From Vulcanimicrobiota bacterium (GTDB lineage: Bacteria; Vulcanimicrobiota; Vulcanimicrobiia; Vulcanimicrobiales; Vulcanimicrobiaceae), in assembly GCA_963786105.1 (NCBI GenBank), contig CAWAXX010000023.1, positions 1-64,000 on the forward strand: 64,000 nucleotides of DNA. Reading direction: 5' to 3'. Shown piece after piece: positions 43,958 through 54,359 of the stretch. How positions within the stretch are numbered: position 1 is the stretch's first letter; each line of letters opens with the position of its first letter. The notes under the pieces were generated by a model that had not been told where the DNA came from, searched no databases, and saw nothing but the letters and a program-made list of their open reading frames with translations. A program made the position numbers and the translations under genes.

Positions 43958-45610
43958 GTGGCTGAGCGCGACCAACTCGAAGTCGACGTCCTGTTCGTCG
44001 GCGCGGGACCGGCCAGCTTGGCGGGCGCACTCCGGCTCGCGCTCCTGGCCAAGACGGCCGGACGCGCGCTCGAAATTTTGGTCATCGAGAAGGGCGGCGA
44101 GATCGGCAACCATGGCCTTTCGGGCGCGGTGATGGACCCGCGCGCCTTGGACGAGCTGATCCCCGACTGGAAAAGCAGCGCTCCGGTCGAGTCGCCGGTC
44201 ACCAGCGACGAGCTCTGGTTCCTCACCGAAGGAGGGAAGATCAAGGCGCCGCTGACCCCGCCGCCGCTGAACAATCACGGCAAGTACGTCGCTTCGCTGC
44301 AAAAGATCAGTAAGTGGCTGGGCGAGAAGGCCGAAGAAGCCGGCGCCCAAGTCTTTCCGGCGTTCCCCGGGCAGGAACTGCTATGGGACGGAGATCGCGT
44401 CGCCGGCGTACGGACTGGCGATAAAGGCGTCGACCATAGCGGAAACCGGAAGTCGAACTACGAGCCAGGCGCGGACATTCTCGCCAAAGTGGTCGTACTG
44501 GGCGAGGGTCCGCGCGGGACGCTTGCCAAGCAAGCCGTCGCGCGCTTGAACCTCGACGAAGGGCGCGAGCCACAAGTCTACGCCGCCGGAATCAAGGAGC
44601 TGTGGCAGCTTCCGGACGATCGCTTCAAGGCCGGCGCGGTCGTGCATACGCTCGGGTATCCCTTGCCGCAGGAGACGTTCGGAGGCGGATTCATCTACGG
44701 CATGGGCGGCAACGTGCTCGATATCGGGCACGTCACCGGGCTCGACTACAAGAACCCGACGACCGATCCGCACAACGAGTTGCAGCGCATGAAGCAGCAC
44801 CCCGTCATCGCGAAAATGCTCGAGGGCGGTAGGTTGATTCGCTACGGCGCAAAAGCCATTCCGGAAGGCGGACTCTTCGCGATGCCACGCTTATACGCCG
44901 ACGGGTTGCTGCTCGTCGGCGACACGGGCGGCTTCTTAAACGGCATGCGTCTCAAAGGCATTCACCTCGCGATGAAATCGGGCATGATGGCTGCCGAGAC
45001 GATCTGGGACGCTTTGCAAGCGGAAAAGTACGACGCGCAGACGCTGTCGGCTTTCGAACGGCGCTTTAGAGACTCGTGGGCCTTCGCCGAGCTGCGGTCA
45101 TCGCGCAACTTCCACCAGGGGTTCAAGAACGGTCTGTGGCCGGGAATGATCAATGCCGGCTTGTCGACGATTACGGGCGGCCGGGGCTTCGGGTTCGCGG
45201 ACAAACTTCCGGCCGAACCCGGCTATGAAGTCATGGTCAAGGCCGGTTACCGCCCGGCAGAAACCCCGCGCGCGCCGGTCGACAACCTGCTCACGTTCGA
45301 TAAACTCACGGACGTTTTCAACAGCGGTACAATGCACGAGGAAGATCAGCCGAGCCATCTCAAGGTAGCCGACACGAACGTGTGCCGCGACCGATGCACC
45401 GTGGAGTACGGGAACCCGTGTCAGTACTTCTGTCCGGCAGCCGTCTACGAGCCGATGTTCGAAAAGGTCGACGGTTCGATTGAAGGACGTCTCCAGATCA
45501 ACTTTACGAACTGCGTCCACTGCAAGACGTGCGATATCATCGACCCGTATCAAATCATTACGTGGGTGCCCCCGCAGGGCGGTGAAGGTCCCGTCTACAC
45601 GGGAATGTGA
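43958..45610 (+). CDS. Electron transfer flavoprotein-ubiquinone oxidoreductase
   Basis: VGAGPA, LSGAV, KGIHLAMKSG, HEEDQPSHL, FCPAAVYE, NCVHCKTCDI.DP, GGEGP.Y. Confidence 0.93.
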   Translation: MAERDQLEVDVLFVGAGPASLAGALRLALLAKTAGRALEILVIEKGGEIGNHGLSGAVMDPRALDELIPDWKSSAPVESPVTSDELWFLTEGGKIKAPLTPPPLNNHGKYVASLQKISKWLGEKAEEAGAQVFPAFPGQELLWDGDRVAGVRTGDKGVDHSGNRKSNYEPGADILAKVVVLGEGPRGTLAKQAVARLNLDEGREPQVYAAGIKELWQLPDDRFKAGAVVHTLGYPLPQETFGGGFIYGMGGNVLDIGHVTGLDYKNPTTDPHNELQRMKQHPVIAKMLEGGRLIRYGAKAIPEGGLFAMPRLYADGLLLVGDTGGFLNGMRLKGIHLAMKSGMMAAETIWDALQAEKYDAQTLSAFERRFRDSWAFAELRSSRNFHQGFKNGLWPGMINAGLSTITGGRGFGFADKLPAEPGYEVMVKAGYRPAETPRAPVDNLLTFDKLTDVFNSGTMHEEDQPSHLKVADTNVCRDRCTVEYGNPCQYFCPAAVYEPMFEKVDGSIEGRLQINFTNCVHCKTCDIIDPYQIITWVPPQGGEGPVYTGM

Positions 45611-46206
45611 TTCGAATTCCATTCGCGCCGCTGGTTGCGGGAATTTTCGGTCACCGGCGTCCCGACGATCCGCTCGTCGTGCAGTGGCTTCACAGCGCGG
45701 CGCAATGGAGCGGCGAACACTGGGCCGTGCTGGCAGTCGTGATTCCGGTCGCCGGGCTGATTGCCGCCGGCATCGTGAATCACTACCTCGCGCTGGCACG
45801 CGACAACCGCGCACGCCGCTTGGTTCGCGGTGAGGTTCGGGCGCGCGTTCACGCCGATTTGGCGGCGAGATTGCTGTCGCACTGCAGTTACGTCCAAGCC
45901 GCGATCGGCAATCCGGAGGCGGATCCGACCGCATGGCGTCCCGGCAACGCCTCGCTGCGGACGCGCGCCGAAATGCCCGATGTCGTCGACGCGCTCGGCA
46001 AAGAGTATGTGTCGTTCATGGCGTCTATCGAAAAGGAACGGCGCACGATCGACTTGCTTGCGAGAAACCGCCGGCAATCGGAGCGAATCGACGCGGCCGC
46101 GCGTGACGTTATCGAAACGTACGTCCCGTTCATTTGCGATTTTGGAGAAGAGCGACAGGGGCGTCGCTTAGTCTCCGTCGCAAGCGATTCGGCAAAACGT
46201 GTCTGA
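45607..46206 (+). CDS. Hypothetical membrane protein
   Basis: One TM segment (WAVLAVVIPVAGLIAAGIV); overlaps both neighbours in operon fashion. Confidence 0.55.
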   Translation: MIRIPFAPLVAGIFGHRRPDDPLVVQWLHSAAQWSGEHWAVLAVVIPVAGLIAAGIVNHYLALARDNRARRLVRGEVRARVHADLAARLLSHCSYVQAAIGNPEADPTAWRPGNASLRTRAEMPDVVDALGKEYVSFMASIEKERRTIDLLARNRRQSERIDAAARDVIETYVPFICDFGEERQGRRLVSVASDSAKRV

Positions 46207-47364
46207 AAACGCCGACGTCGCGATCGTCGGCGCCGGAATGATCGGCCTGGCAATCGCCTTCGAGCTCGCCGAACGCGGGGCGACGGTTCGCGTATACGAT
46301 CGCAGCGAACCTGCCGGAGCCGCGTCGTGGGCCGGCGCCGGCATGCTCGCGCCCTACACGGAAAATGCGAACGACGAAGCGCTGTTCAGCACTGTGCGCG
46401 GCCTCGCTCGACGAGTACCCGCAATTCGTCGAGCGCGTGCGCGAGGCCGGACAGGTCGATCCACGACTGCATCTCAACGGCATCGTTCACGCCGCATTCG
46501 ATCACGCCCATCTCGTGCGTTTGCGACGGCGAGCCGGCGAGCTTCGCGCGCGCGGCGTCGAGTGCGAGATGCTCGATCGAACGCAAACGCTTTGCGGCCG
46601 AGCCGTGGTTGGGCGGACGAGTTCTGGGCGCGATGTTCGTCGGCGCGGAAGGGTACGTCGACAATCGACGTCTCGGTCGTGCTCTCGTCGCCGCGTGCCG
46701 TCAGCGAGGCGTTGCTATCGCGCGCGCCGGGTCGCTCGAGATCGAGTGCGACGATCGTCGCGTGCTCGGCGTCCGGACCGACCTCGGTTTTGCCCCCGCG
46801 GGAGCGATCGTCAACGCCGCCGGCGCATGGGCCGGCGACCTCAGCGGCGTTCCGCCGTCGAGCCTTCCGCCGGTCGAACCGCGCAAAGGCCAAATGCTGG
46901 CACTGGAAACCCCGATCGGTTTCGTGCGGCACGCGACGTGGGTGACGAATGGATATTTCGTTCCCAGGGACGACGGACGCTTGTTGGTCGGTGCGACCGA
47001 CGAGCGCGCCGGGTTCGACGTGCGCGTTACCGCCGGCGGGATCGCCGCCTTGCTCGATTCTGCGCTGGCCGCGGCGCCGTCGCTGGCAGGGTTCACCGTC
47101 AGCGAAACGTGGGCCGGCCTTCGGCCCGGCACCAGGGACGGGCGTCCGTTTATCGGCCTGACACCGCTGAACGGGCTGTTCGTGGCAGCCGGTCACTATC
47201 GCAACGGCATCCTGCTTTCGCCGATCACGGCACGCCTCGTAGCGGAATGCGTAAGCGGACGGGCCGGCAGCGAACTAGCGGCATTTTCGCTCGCTCGCGC
47301 CAAGGTCGAGCCTGCGGGGGGAGATGGAAACGCCGCTACGCGGCGCGAACCCCTAACGACGTGA
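46199..47364 (+). CDS. thiO: Glycine oxidase (frameshifted)
   Basis: IVGAGMIG, ASWAGAGMLAP, KGQ, WAGLRP, GHYRNGILL; precedes thiS-thiG. Confidence 0.9.
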
Positions 47365-47561
47365 AAGCCACCATCAACGGAGAGTTGCGCGACCTGCCCG
47401 ATGGATTGACGGTCGGGCGCCTGCTCGAAACGCTCGGATCCCCACGCGACGGCATCGCCGTCGCGCGCAATCAGCGCGTCGTGCGGCGCGCGGAGTACGA
47501 CTCCGATCGTATCGGCGAGGGCGACCGCGTCGAAATCATCAAAGCGGTTGCGGGCGGATGA
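47361..47561 (+). CDS. thiS: Sulfur carrier protein ThiS
   Basis: 66 aa, INGE, AVARN..VV, GDRVEI, C-terminal GG. Confidence 0.92.
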   Translation: MKATINGELRDLPDGLTVGRLLETLGSPRDGIAVARNQRVVRRAEYDSDRIGEGDRVEIIKAVAGG

Positions 47562-47562
47562 C

Positions 47563-48360
47563 GTGAACGACACCTTCAAAATCGGGAAATACGAATTGAC
47601 GTCGCGACTGATCGTCGGGAGCGGAAAATATCCCTCGATGGAGATCATGCGCGCGGCTCATGCAGCCAGCGAGGCCGAAATGGTGACGGTTGCAATTCGC
47701 CGCATCAATTTGGACGATCCAAGCGGAAAGACGCTGCTCGATTACGTCGATCGTACGCGCGTGCTCGTCCTGCCGAACACCGCGGGCTGTTACACCGCCC
47801 GGGAAGCGGTGCTCACCGCGCAGTTGGCGCGCGAACTGCTCGACACCGATCTGATCAAGCTCGAGGTCATCGGCGACGCACAAACGCTTCATCCGGATAG
47901 CCGCGAGACGCTCAAAGCCGCCGAAGAACTGGTGAACGACGGCTTCACGGTGCTTCCGTACATCGGCGACGATCCGGTCGCGTGTAAGCAGCTCGAGGAG
48001 CTGGGTTGCGCGGCGGTGATGCCGCTGGCCGCTCCGATCGGCAGTGGTTTGGGCGTCTGCAATCGTTACTCGATCGCGGTCATCAAAGAACGGGCAAACG
48101 TGCCGGTGATCGTCGATGCCGGCGTCGGCACGGCTTCGGATGCGGCGATCGCCATGGAGATCGGCGTCGATGCACTGTTGATGAATACGGGTATTGCCGC
48201 AGCCGGCGATCCGGTACTCATGGCCGAGGCAATGCGAGACGCCGTCCTTGCGGGACGCAAGGCCTTTCTCGCGGGGCGCATGCCCAAACGTCTCTACGCC
48301 AGCGCGTCGAGCCCGATGCAAGATCTCGTCGAAACGCGCCGCGCGACGACGAACCAGTGA
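47563..48360 (+). CDS. thiG: Thiazole synthase
   Basis: [39 protein letters not shown]. Confidence 0.96.
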   Translation: MNDTFKIGKYELTSRLIVGSGKYPSMEIMRAAHAASEAEMVTVAIRRINLDDPSGKTLLDYVDRTRVLVLPNTAGCYTAREAVLTAQLARELLDTDLIKLEVIGDAQTLHPDSRETLKAAEELVNDGFTVLPYIGDDPVACKQLEELGCAAVMPLAAPIGSGLGVCNRYSIAVIKERANVPVIVDAGVGTASDAAIAMEIGVDALLMNTGIAAAGDPVLMAEAMRDAVLAGRKAFLAGRMPKRLYASASSPMQDLVETRRATTNQ

Positions 48361-48926
48361 ACCGCCTTCGATAGCGGTCGTTGCGCGTGAGCCCAGGAGC
48401 CGGCCATCGCGTCGACGTCGCATTCCTCGATACGTTCGATCGCGTAGTGCGATTTTAGCAGCGATTCCAGCTCGGCCCGCGTGAAGTACGTGTGAACCAC
48501 GCCGCGTTCGTCCCCGTCGAAGGGCGCGAACGTTGCCGGGCCAAGCCGCCGCCCGCGACCGAAGCGCGCATCGCGTACCGAGCCGAACGTGGCGTAGAGC
48601 AGGCCGCCGTCGTCGAGGCGATCGGCGATCGATTCGAGCGATGCCGCGATCGTGGCGACGGTTCCGTGAAGCAGACCGTGCGTGCATATCGCGGCGGCGA
48701 ATCGGCCGAGCGCCGCCGGTAGCGGATCGGCGGCGCCGGCGGATGTATCGTCGACCGCGAATACGTCGTGACCGGCGGCGCGCAGCGCGGCACCATTGCG
48801 TCCGCTCCCGGCGCTAAAATCCACGACGCGGCTTCCCGGTCGATTGCGCAGGCGTTCGATTAGTCGCCGAGCCAGCGGATGCGGCGGGCGGATGGTGCTC
48901 CGGTCAAGTGGCGAATGAGGATCCAT
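48294..48926 (-). CDS. Class I SAM-dependent methyltransferase (TehB-like)
   Basis: [11 protein letters not shown] motif I, L..GG.L; overlaps the thiG 3' end. Confidence 0.68.
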   Translation of the reverse strand: MDPHSPLDRSTIRPPHPLARRLIERLRNRPGSRVVDFSAGSGRNGAALRAAGHDVFAVDDTSAGAADPLPAALGRFAAAICTHGLLHGTVATIAASLESIADRLDDGGLLYATFGSVRDARFGRGRRLGPATFAPFDGDERGVVHTYFTRAELESLLKSHYAIERIEECDVDAMAGSWAHAQRPLSKAVHWFVVARRVSTRSCIGLDALA

Positions 48927-50845
48927 CTATGGCGTCCGAGACACTGATTATTGTCGTCGGTGGAGACTACCTCGCGTTTGAGATCTGCAAAGAGATTCTC
49001 AAGACTGCCGGCCACGCCGTCGTCCTGGTGTGGAAACATGGCGACGACTATCGGGCGTCGCGCCTGCTTCATCACGAAGCGAGTTCCCTTACCCGTGAGT
49101 TTAGCGGAACCTTCACCTTCCTGGACGAGGACCCGGTCGACCCCGCCGCCCTGCACCGCGCGGGCTTGTCTTCGCCGGCAGCGGGTGACAAGCGGAGCTA
49201 CTGCCTGGTCGCCGTTTCGCAGGACGATCGGTTGAACTTGCGCGTGTCGCTGCTCGCACGCGACATCAACGAGCACTGTCGCATCACGCTGCGCCAGTTC
49301 AATCCGGTCCTCGGGCACAAAATTCAGGAAGGATTGCGCTACAACTGCACCGCGATCTCGCCGGCCGCCCACGCCGCGGCCACGTATGCGGCCTCCGCCA
49401 TCGATCCGTCGTGCTTTTACGCGTTGCGTTTCCCGACGCTCGAATCCGCGGCCGCGCGCTTCGCCACCAGACGTTCGTCCGCAGCCGATTCGGACCCGGA
49501 GGTGGACGCGCAGTCGAGGCTTTTCGCATTCTCCGAGCGGAGCGCGTCGTATTTCGGAATAGCCGGCATGACCGTAGCAGAGGCCGAGCGTCTGCATCTT
49601 CTCCGCATCGTTTTGGTGAACGAGCGAGCGCCGTACCTCTGTCAGGGCGACGAAGAACTTCACGATGAAGAGCTACTCCTAAGGCCTATGGCCGATGGCG
49701 ACCGAGTGGTCGCCTTTGGACCGGTTACCTCGCTGCGCGAAGCCGGCGCTCGCGATGCGGCCGGACGCGTTACCCGCTGGGAAGCGATCAAAGGGCAATG
49801 GCGCGATACGCTTGCCGGAATTCGGCGCACCGAGCCGGTGTTACGCATGGCCGCGACGATCGGCATACTCGTATACGCGCTGTTCGTGATGTTCTTTGTT
49901 GCCGTCACGCATTGGAACGTCGCCGGAGCGATGTACTTCGTCATGACGACGATGGCAGGCGCTCCGGACACGGCCTTGTGCGCCGACTGCGGCAACGCGA
50001 AAATCTTGACGTCCTGGCAAGTCGTGGAAATGGCCGGCGCCGTCCTGGCTACGCTCGTCGGAATCGCGCTCGTCGCAATCTTCACCGCCACCGTGACGAC
50101 CGGATTCTACGCCGCGGCGATTCGACGGACGCAAGGCTTACGCCGGATTCGTCGCAGCGGGCACGTCATCGTGTGTGGTGCCGGCAACGTCGGAAGCCTC
50201 GTCATCGATTACTTGCGCCAGCTGGGCGAACAAGTCGTGGTGGTCGAGAAGAATCCCGACAGCCTCCTCATCGAGCTGGCGCGCGATCGGAAGATCGACC
50301 TGCTCACCGGGGACGCGACCAATGACGAGACGATCGCGTATTGCTCGCCGGAAACCGCGAAGAGCTTGGTCGGCGTGACCAATAGCGATACGGCCAATCT
50401 CGAGACGGCTCTGGGGGCTCGCTCGTACGCCCGCGGAAACGCCGACCGGCCCCTTCACGTCGTTCTGCGCATCGACGAGCTCACGTTCGGCCGCTCGATC
50501 AAACGACACTTCGGGATATCGTCGTTCTCGACCACCGAGCTGACGGCCGCCACCATCGCCGGGTTGGCTCGGTTCGAAAGCACTCGCGGCCGCTTCGATC
50601 TCTTTGCCGACACCGGCCGTCCGCAGTCGTTTCAACTTGCCGAGCGCTTCCAAGGGCCCGAAAACGCCCCGCCGCCCGCGCCGCCCGAGCGTCCCGGTTA
50701 TAAAGTGCGATGGATTCCGCTCTACGTCTGGCGCGAGAGCGAAACCGGCAAGGGAGAGGCGATTCGGATACGCAACTTCGAAGGCGAAGTCCGCAGCGGC
50801 GACCGTCTGCTCTTTATGGTGCCGCTCGACCAGTTCATCAACTGA
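48908..50845 (+). CDS. RCK (TrkA-N) domain 2TM channel-like protein with non-canonical filter
   Basis: N-terminal RCK (IVVGGD), two TM helices flanking a pore-helix-like AMYFVMTTM, second RCK (HVIVCGAGNVG, GDAT, D.ANLE). Confidence 0.8.
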   Translation: MANEDPSMASETLIIVVGGDYLAFEICKEILKTAGHAVVLVWKHGDDYRASRLLHHEASSLTREFSGTFTFLDEDPVDPAALHRAGLSSPAAGDKRSYCLVAVSQDDRLNLRVSLLARDINEHCRITLRQFNPVLGHKIQEGLRYNCTAISPAAHAAATYAASAIDPSCFYALRFPTLESAAARFATRRSSAADSDPEVDAQSRLFAFSERSASYFGIAGMTVAEAERLHLLRIVLVNERAPYLCQGDEELHDEELLLRPMADGDRVVAFGPVTSLREAGARDAAGRVTRWEAIKGQWRDTLAGIRRTEPVLRMAATIGILVYALFVMFFVAVTHWNVAGAMYFVMTTMAGAPDTALCADCGNAKILTSWQVVEMAGAVLATLVGIALVAIFTATVTTGFYAAAIRRTQGLRRIRRSGHVIVCGAGNVGSLVIDYLRQLGEQVVVVEKNPDSLLIELARDRKIDLLTGDATNDETIAYCSPETAKSLVGVTNSDTANLETALGARSYARGNADRPLHVVLRIDELTFGRSIKRHFGISSFSTTELTAATIAGLARFESTRGRFDLFADTGRPQSFQLAERFQGPENAPPPAPPERPGYKVRWIPLYVWRESETGKGEAIRIRNFEGEVRSGDRLLFMVPLDQFIN

Positions 50846-50864
50846 ATTTCAAGAAGGAGACGAC

Positions 50865-51320
50865 GTGCTCAGCGTAGGCGATCGATTACCGGACGTCCGA
50901 CTGCTCGACGACGAGGGAAACTCGGTGGCGACGAACGATTTGCTCGGCGGACCGTTGGTGCTGTATTTCTATCCGAAGGACGATACGCCGGGGTGTACTA
51001 GCGAGGCGTCGCAGTTTCGCGATCTGTACAAGCAGTTCCTCAAAAAGAAGGCGCGCATCGTCGGCGTAAGCCGCGACACGCCCGAGTCGCATCAAAAGTT
51101 CAAGCAAAAGTTTTCGATACCGTTCACCCTGCTGGCCGACACCGAATCGCAGCTCTGCGATGCGTTTGGAGTGATCGTCGAGAAGACGATGTACGGAAAG
51201 AAGCGGATGGGGATCGCTCGCTCGACGTTCCTGATCGACGAAAAAGGAAAAATCGTCAAGGTATGGCCTAAGGTCAACGTCGACGAACACGCAGACGAAG
51301 TGCTTTCCTCCTTGCCGTGA
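50865..51320 (+). CDS. bcp: Peroxiredoxin BCP
   Basis: YFYPKDDTPGCTSEA, GVSRD, RSTFLID; AAGGAG RBS. Confidence 0.93.
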   Translation: MLSVGDRLPDVRLLDDEGNSVATNDLLGGPLVLYFYPKDDTPGCTSEASQFRDLYKQFLKKKARIVGVSRDTPESHQKFKQKFSIPFTLLADTESQLCDAFGVIVEKTMYGKKRMGIARSTFLIDEKGKIVKVWPKVNVDEHADEVLSSLP

Positions 51321-52102
51321 TTTCCTCAGGCGCCCTGAACGTGCGGGCGATCGGGTCGAGTCCTTCGGTTCAACGTCCGGGACGCGCGTGCAGCTCGTAT
51401 CTGCTGCGCACGGGCGAGGCCGCGGTGCTGCTCGATATCGGAAGTGGCGCGCTCGGAAACCTGCAGCTGGCGATCGACTACCCCGCGCTCGACGCGATCG
51501 TCGTTTCGCACATGCACGCCGATCACTTTCTCGACGTCATTCCGCTGCGGTACGGCCTAACCTACGGTCCGCTGTCTGCGCGATGGCCGCATCCCGCTGT
51601 GGCTGCCGCCCGGCGGAGCGCAGAGGTTGAGGCTGCTCTGCCGCGGGTTTTCCGGCGAAGGGAGCTGGAGACTTCTTAGACGGCGTCTTTATCGTCCACG
51701 AATACGATCCGGACAAGGCACTGCAGGTTCGAACGACGTGCGCCTCACGTTCAGCGCCCACGCGGCACTACATCGAGTCGTATTCCATTCGAGCCGAATG
51801 CGGCGCTGCGAGCGTCACCTACTCCGGCGACACCGCTCCGTGCGACGCCGTCGTCGACCACGCGCGAGGGTCGTCGCTGTTCGTCTGCGAAGCGACGCTC
51901 GGACTCGGCACGGAAGCTGAGCCGCGCGGTCACTCGTCGGCGACCGGAAGCCGGCGAAATGGCTCGGCGCGCGAACGTCGGGCGCCTCGCTCTCACGCAC
52001 TACTACGCGATTGCCGACCCGCAAGCATTGGTCGATGCCGCCAGCGCCGAGTTCGCGGGACCGGTGTCCGCGATCGACGACGGCGTTGAGTTTTCACTGT
52101 GA
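51317..52102 (+). CDS. MBL-fold hydrolase, RNase Z/BN-like (heavily frameshifted)
   Basis: CSSYL, DIGSG, SHMHADH, YSGDT, CEAT, LTH across frames. Confidence 0.75.
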
Positions 52103-52154
52103 TCCAAGCGATGTCACAGACGCTCCGGTCAGCATGAAGAGACGTGACGCTGCG

Positions 52155-52715
52155 TTAGTTTTCGGTTTTCGGCTCGGAGCGCGGGAGCGAGAATTGAATG
52201 AGTGCCGGGATTGGTGCGAATCCGCGGCTGATCACGGCGTACGGCGTAGCGCGCAGTCCCAACTTCTCCAAGCGAGCGACGGCCGCCATCATTTGTCGTC
52301 CGCTGGTGACGACGTCTTCAAGCAGCAGCACGTGCTGGCCGGAGGCGTAGGGACCTTCGACGTACTCGTCGGCAAACGCGCCGTACCCTTTTGGTTGTTT
52401 GCGCACGGCGATCATCGGAATTCCTGAAAGCTGCGAGACGGCGGTCGCGATCACGACGCCGCCGAGTTCCGTCCCGCCGATGATGTCGGGGTTGAGATCC
52501 GAAATAATGGTCGTAAACAGCCGGGCGATCCGCCGCAGCACGTTCGGATCGGCGAACAGGGAAAATTTATCGATGTAATAATCGCTGCGCACTCCGCCCG
52601 AGAGCACGTAGTCGCCGCGCGTCAGCGCGCGTTCGACAATGATCTTCCGCAGCCAAACCAACTCGGGTATGGGACCGGAGGGCCGATCGGGCCTGCCTAG
52701 ATGCTCCACTGCCAC
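52155..52715 (-). CDS. pyrE: Orotate phosphoribosyltransferase
   Basis: GDYVLSGG..S.YYID, RKQPKGYG, LLEDVVTSG PRPP motif. Confidence 0.82.
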   Translation of the reverse strand: MAVEHLGRPDRPSGPIPELVWLRKIIVERALTRGDYVLSGGVRSDYYIDKFSLFADPNVLRRIARLFTTIISDLNPDIIGGTELGGVVIATAVSQLSGIPMIAVRKQPKGYGAFADEYVEGPYASGQHVLLLEDVVTSGRQMMAAVARLEKLGLRATPYAVISRGFAPIPALIQFSLPRSEPKTEN

Positions 52716-54343
52716 GCGTTCCAGGATTCCGTAACCGGATTAGGGTCGAATCCCTTGAAATCGACGCTCACCGGCTCCATCGAGCGCGTCCACCAAAAGA
52801 AGATTTGGGGATTGTCGCGCGCCAGCAGCTCTTGGATCTTGTAGTACGCAGCGGTTCGCGACGGGCGATCGTATTCGGTGAGGGCGGCTTTTTGCGCGCT
52901 TTGCATTTCGGGCGTGCAGTAGCGCGAATAGTTGTAACCGCCCGGCGGAACGTTTTCGCACATGTACTGCGAGCTGTTGTCGGGATCGACGCCCGCGTAC
53001 CAACCTGCCAGCGAGAGATCGAATCGTCCCAGTTGCAGGATGCCTCCCATACCCGCGGGCGCGAACAGCGTGTCTCCCGTGTAGTACTTGATATCCGTGC
53101 CGATACCGGCTTGTTTGAGCATCGCTTGGAGCTGAAGGCTGGCCTCGCGGCGGGTCGCGTTGGAATTATTTGAAACCATCAGCAGCTCGAGAACTTGCCC
53201 GTTCTTGCGCATGATGCCGTCGGGGCCGGGCGCCCAACCGGCGCTACGCAAGAGTTCGCGCGCTTTGACGGGGTCGTGCGGATACGAGCGTACCTCGGGG
53301 TTGAAGGCCCACATCCAATCCGGAATATCCTCGGTGGCGACTTTCATCACGCCATGCGTCAGGGTGGACGTGAGCTGCTGCTTATCGATCGAGTAGGCGA
53401 TCGCTTCGCGAACCACCCGATCCGTTAGGAGCGGGCGCGCGAGGTTCATCTGAACCGACTCGTAGCCGTTGACGTTGACGAAATCCAACTTGACGTCGGG
53501 CGCCGACTGAAGTGCCGGATAGGTGTTGGGCGAGGCTTGGAACATGTAGTCGATCGAGTGGGTCTTGAGAAGATTTACCGACGTGTTCTCGTCGGGAATA
53601 ACTTTAATGTCGATCCGCTGGAGCCCGGGTTTGCCCATGAAGAATCCGTCGTTGCGAATCAGCGTGACGTGGTCTCCCCGCGACCACTGCACGAAGCGGA
53701 ACGGGCCATCGCTGACGCTGGGCTCGTTGTTGAACGGGATCTGATTCATGTTCGGGTATTTCGAGAGCACGTGGGCGGGCGCGACCGGAAACGGCTGATC
53801 GCTCATGGCAAAGAACGTGTTGACGAAGGGCGCGAACTTCGTCTTCAAGCGAACGACTACGGTGGAGTCGTTCGGCGTATCGATGCCTCGTACGTAATCG
53901 TAACCGTGCCGCGAGACGACGTTGTTGTTGGGGTTCATGATCGCTTGCCACGACCATTTGACGTCGTTCGACGTCACCGGCACTCCGTCGGTCCACTTGG
54001 CGCCCTTGCGCAGGTGATACGTCACGGTCAAACCATCCGCCGAGATGCCGCCATTTTCGGTGGACGGAACGGTGGTGGCTAGGATCGGGACCGGGTTGCC
54101 TTTGTCGTCGGCCGAGAGCAACGGCTCGAACAGCAGGAACGCGATGAAGCCGTCGGTCGTATTCGAGTTGAGAAGGGGGTTGAGATTCTTGACGTCGCTT
54201 TGAATCGCCACCCGCAACAGGCCGGGTTGCGTCCACGAATGACGACCTCCCGTCGACTGGTTCCCAGTTTTGCTGCATCCGCATGTGGCCGCCGTCATCG
54301 CCGCGACCGTCGCGATCCCGATGATTTGTCGAACGAAACGCAC
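52697..54343 (-). CDS. Peptide ABC transporter substrate-binding lipoprotein (family 5)
   Basis: Lipobox CGC, LNP, ENGGIS.DG, KWTDG.PVTS.DV, GPF, VREAI. Confidence 0.9.
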   Translation of the reverse strand: MRFVRQIIGIATVAAMTAATCGCSKTGNQSTGGRHSWTQPGLLRVAIQSDVKNLNPLLNSNTTDGFIAFLLFEPLLSADDKGNPVPILATTVPSTENGGISADGLTVTYHLRKGAKWTDGVPVTSNDVKWSWQAIMNPNNNVVSRHGYDYVRGIDTPNDSTVVVRLKTKFAPFVNTFFAMSDQPFPVAPAHVLSKYPNMNQIPFNNEPSVSDGPFRFVQWSRGDHVTLIRNDGFFMGKPGLQRIDIKVIPDENTSVNLLKTHSIDYMFQASPNTYPALQSAPDVKLDFVNVNGYESVQMNLARPLLTDRVVREAIAYSIDKQQLTSTLTHGVMKVATEDIPDWMWAFNPEVRSYPHDPVKARELLRSAGWAPGPDGIMRKNGQVLELLMVSNNSNATRREASLQLQAMLKQAGIGTDIKYYTGDTLFAPAGMGGILQLGRFDLSLAGWYAGVDPDNSSQYMCENVPPGGYNYSRYCTPEMQSAQKAALTEYDRPSRTAAYYKIQELLARDNPQIFFWWTRSMEPVSVDFKGFDPNPVTESWNAWQWSI

Positions 54344-54359
54344 GGGGTTTACCGCGCTC

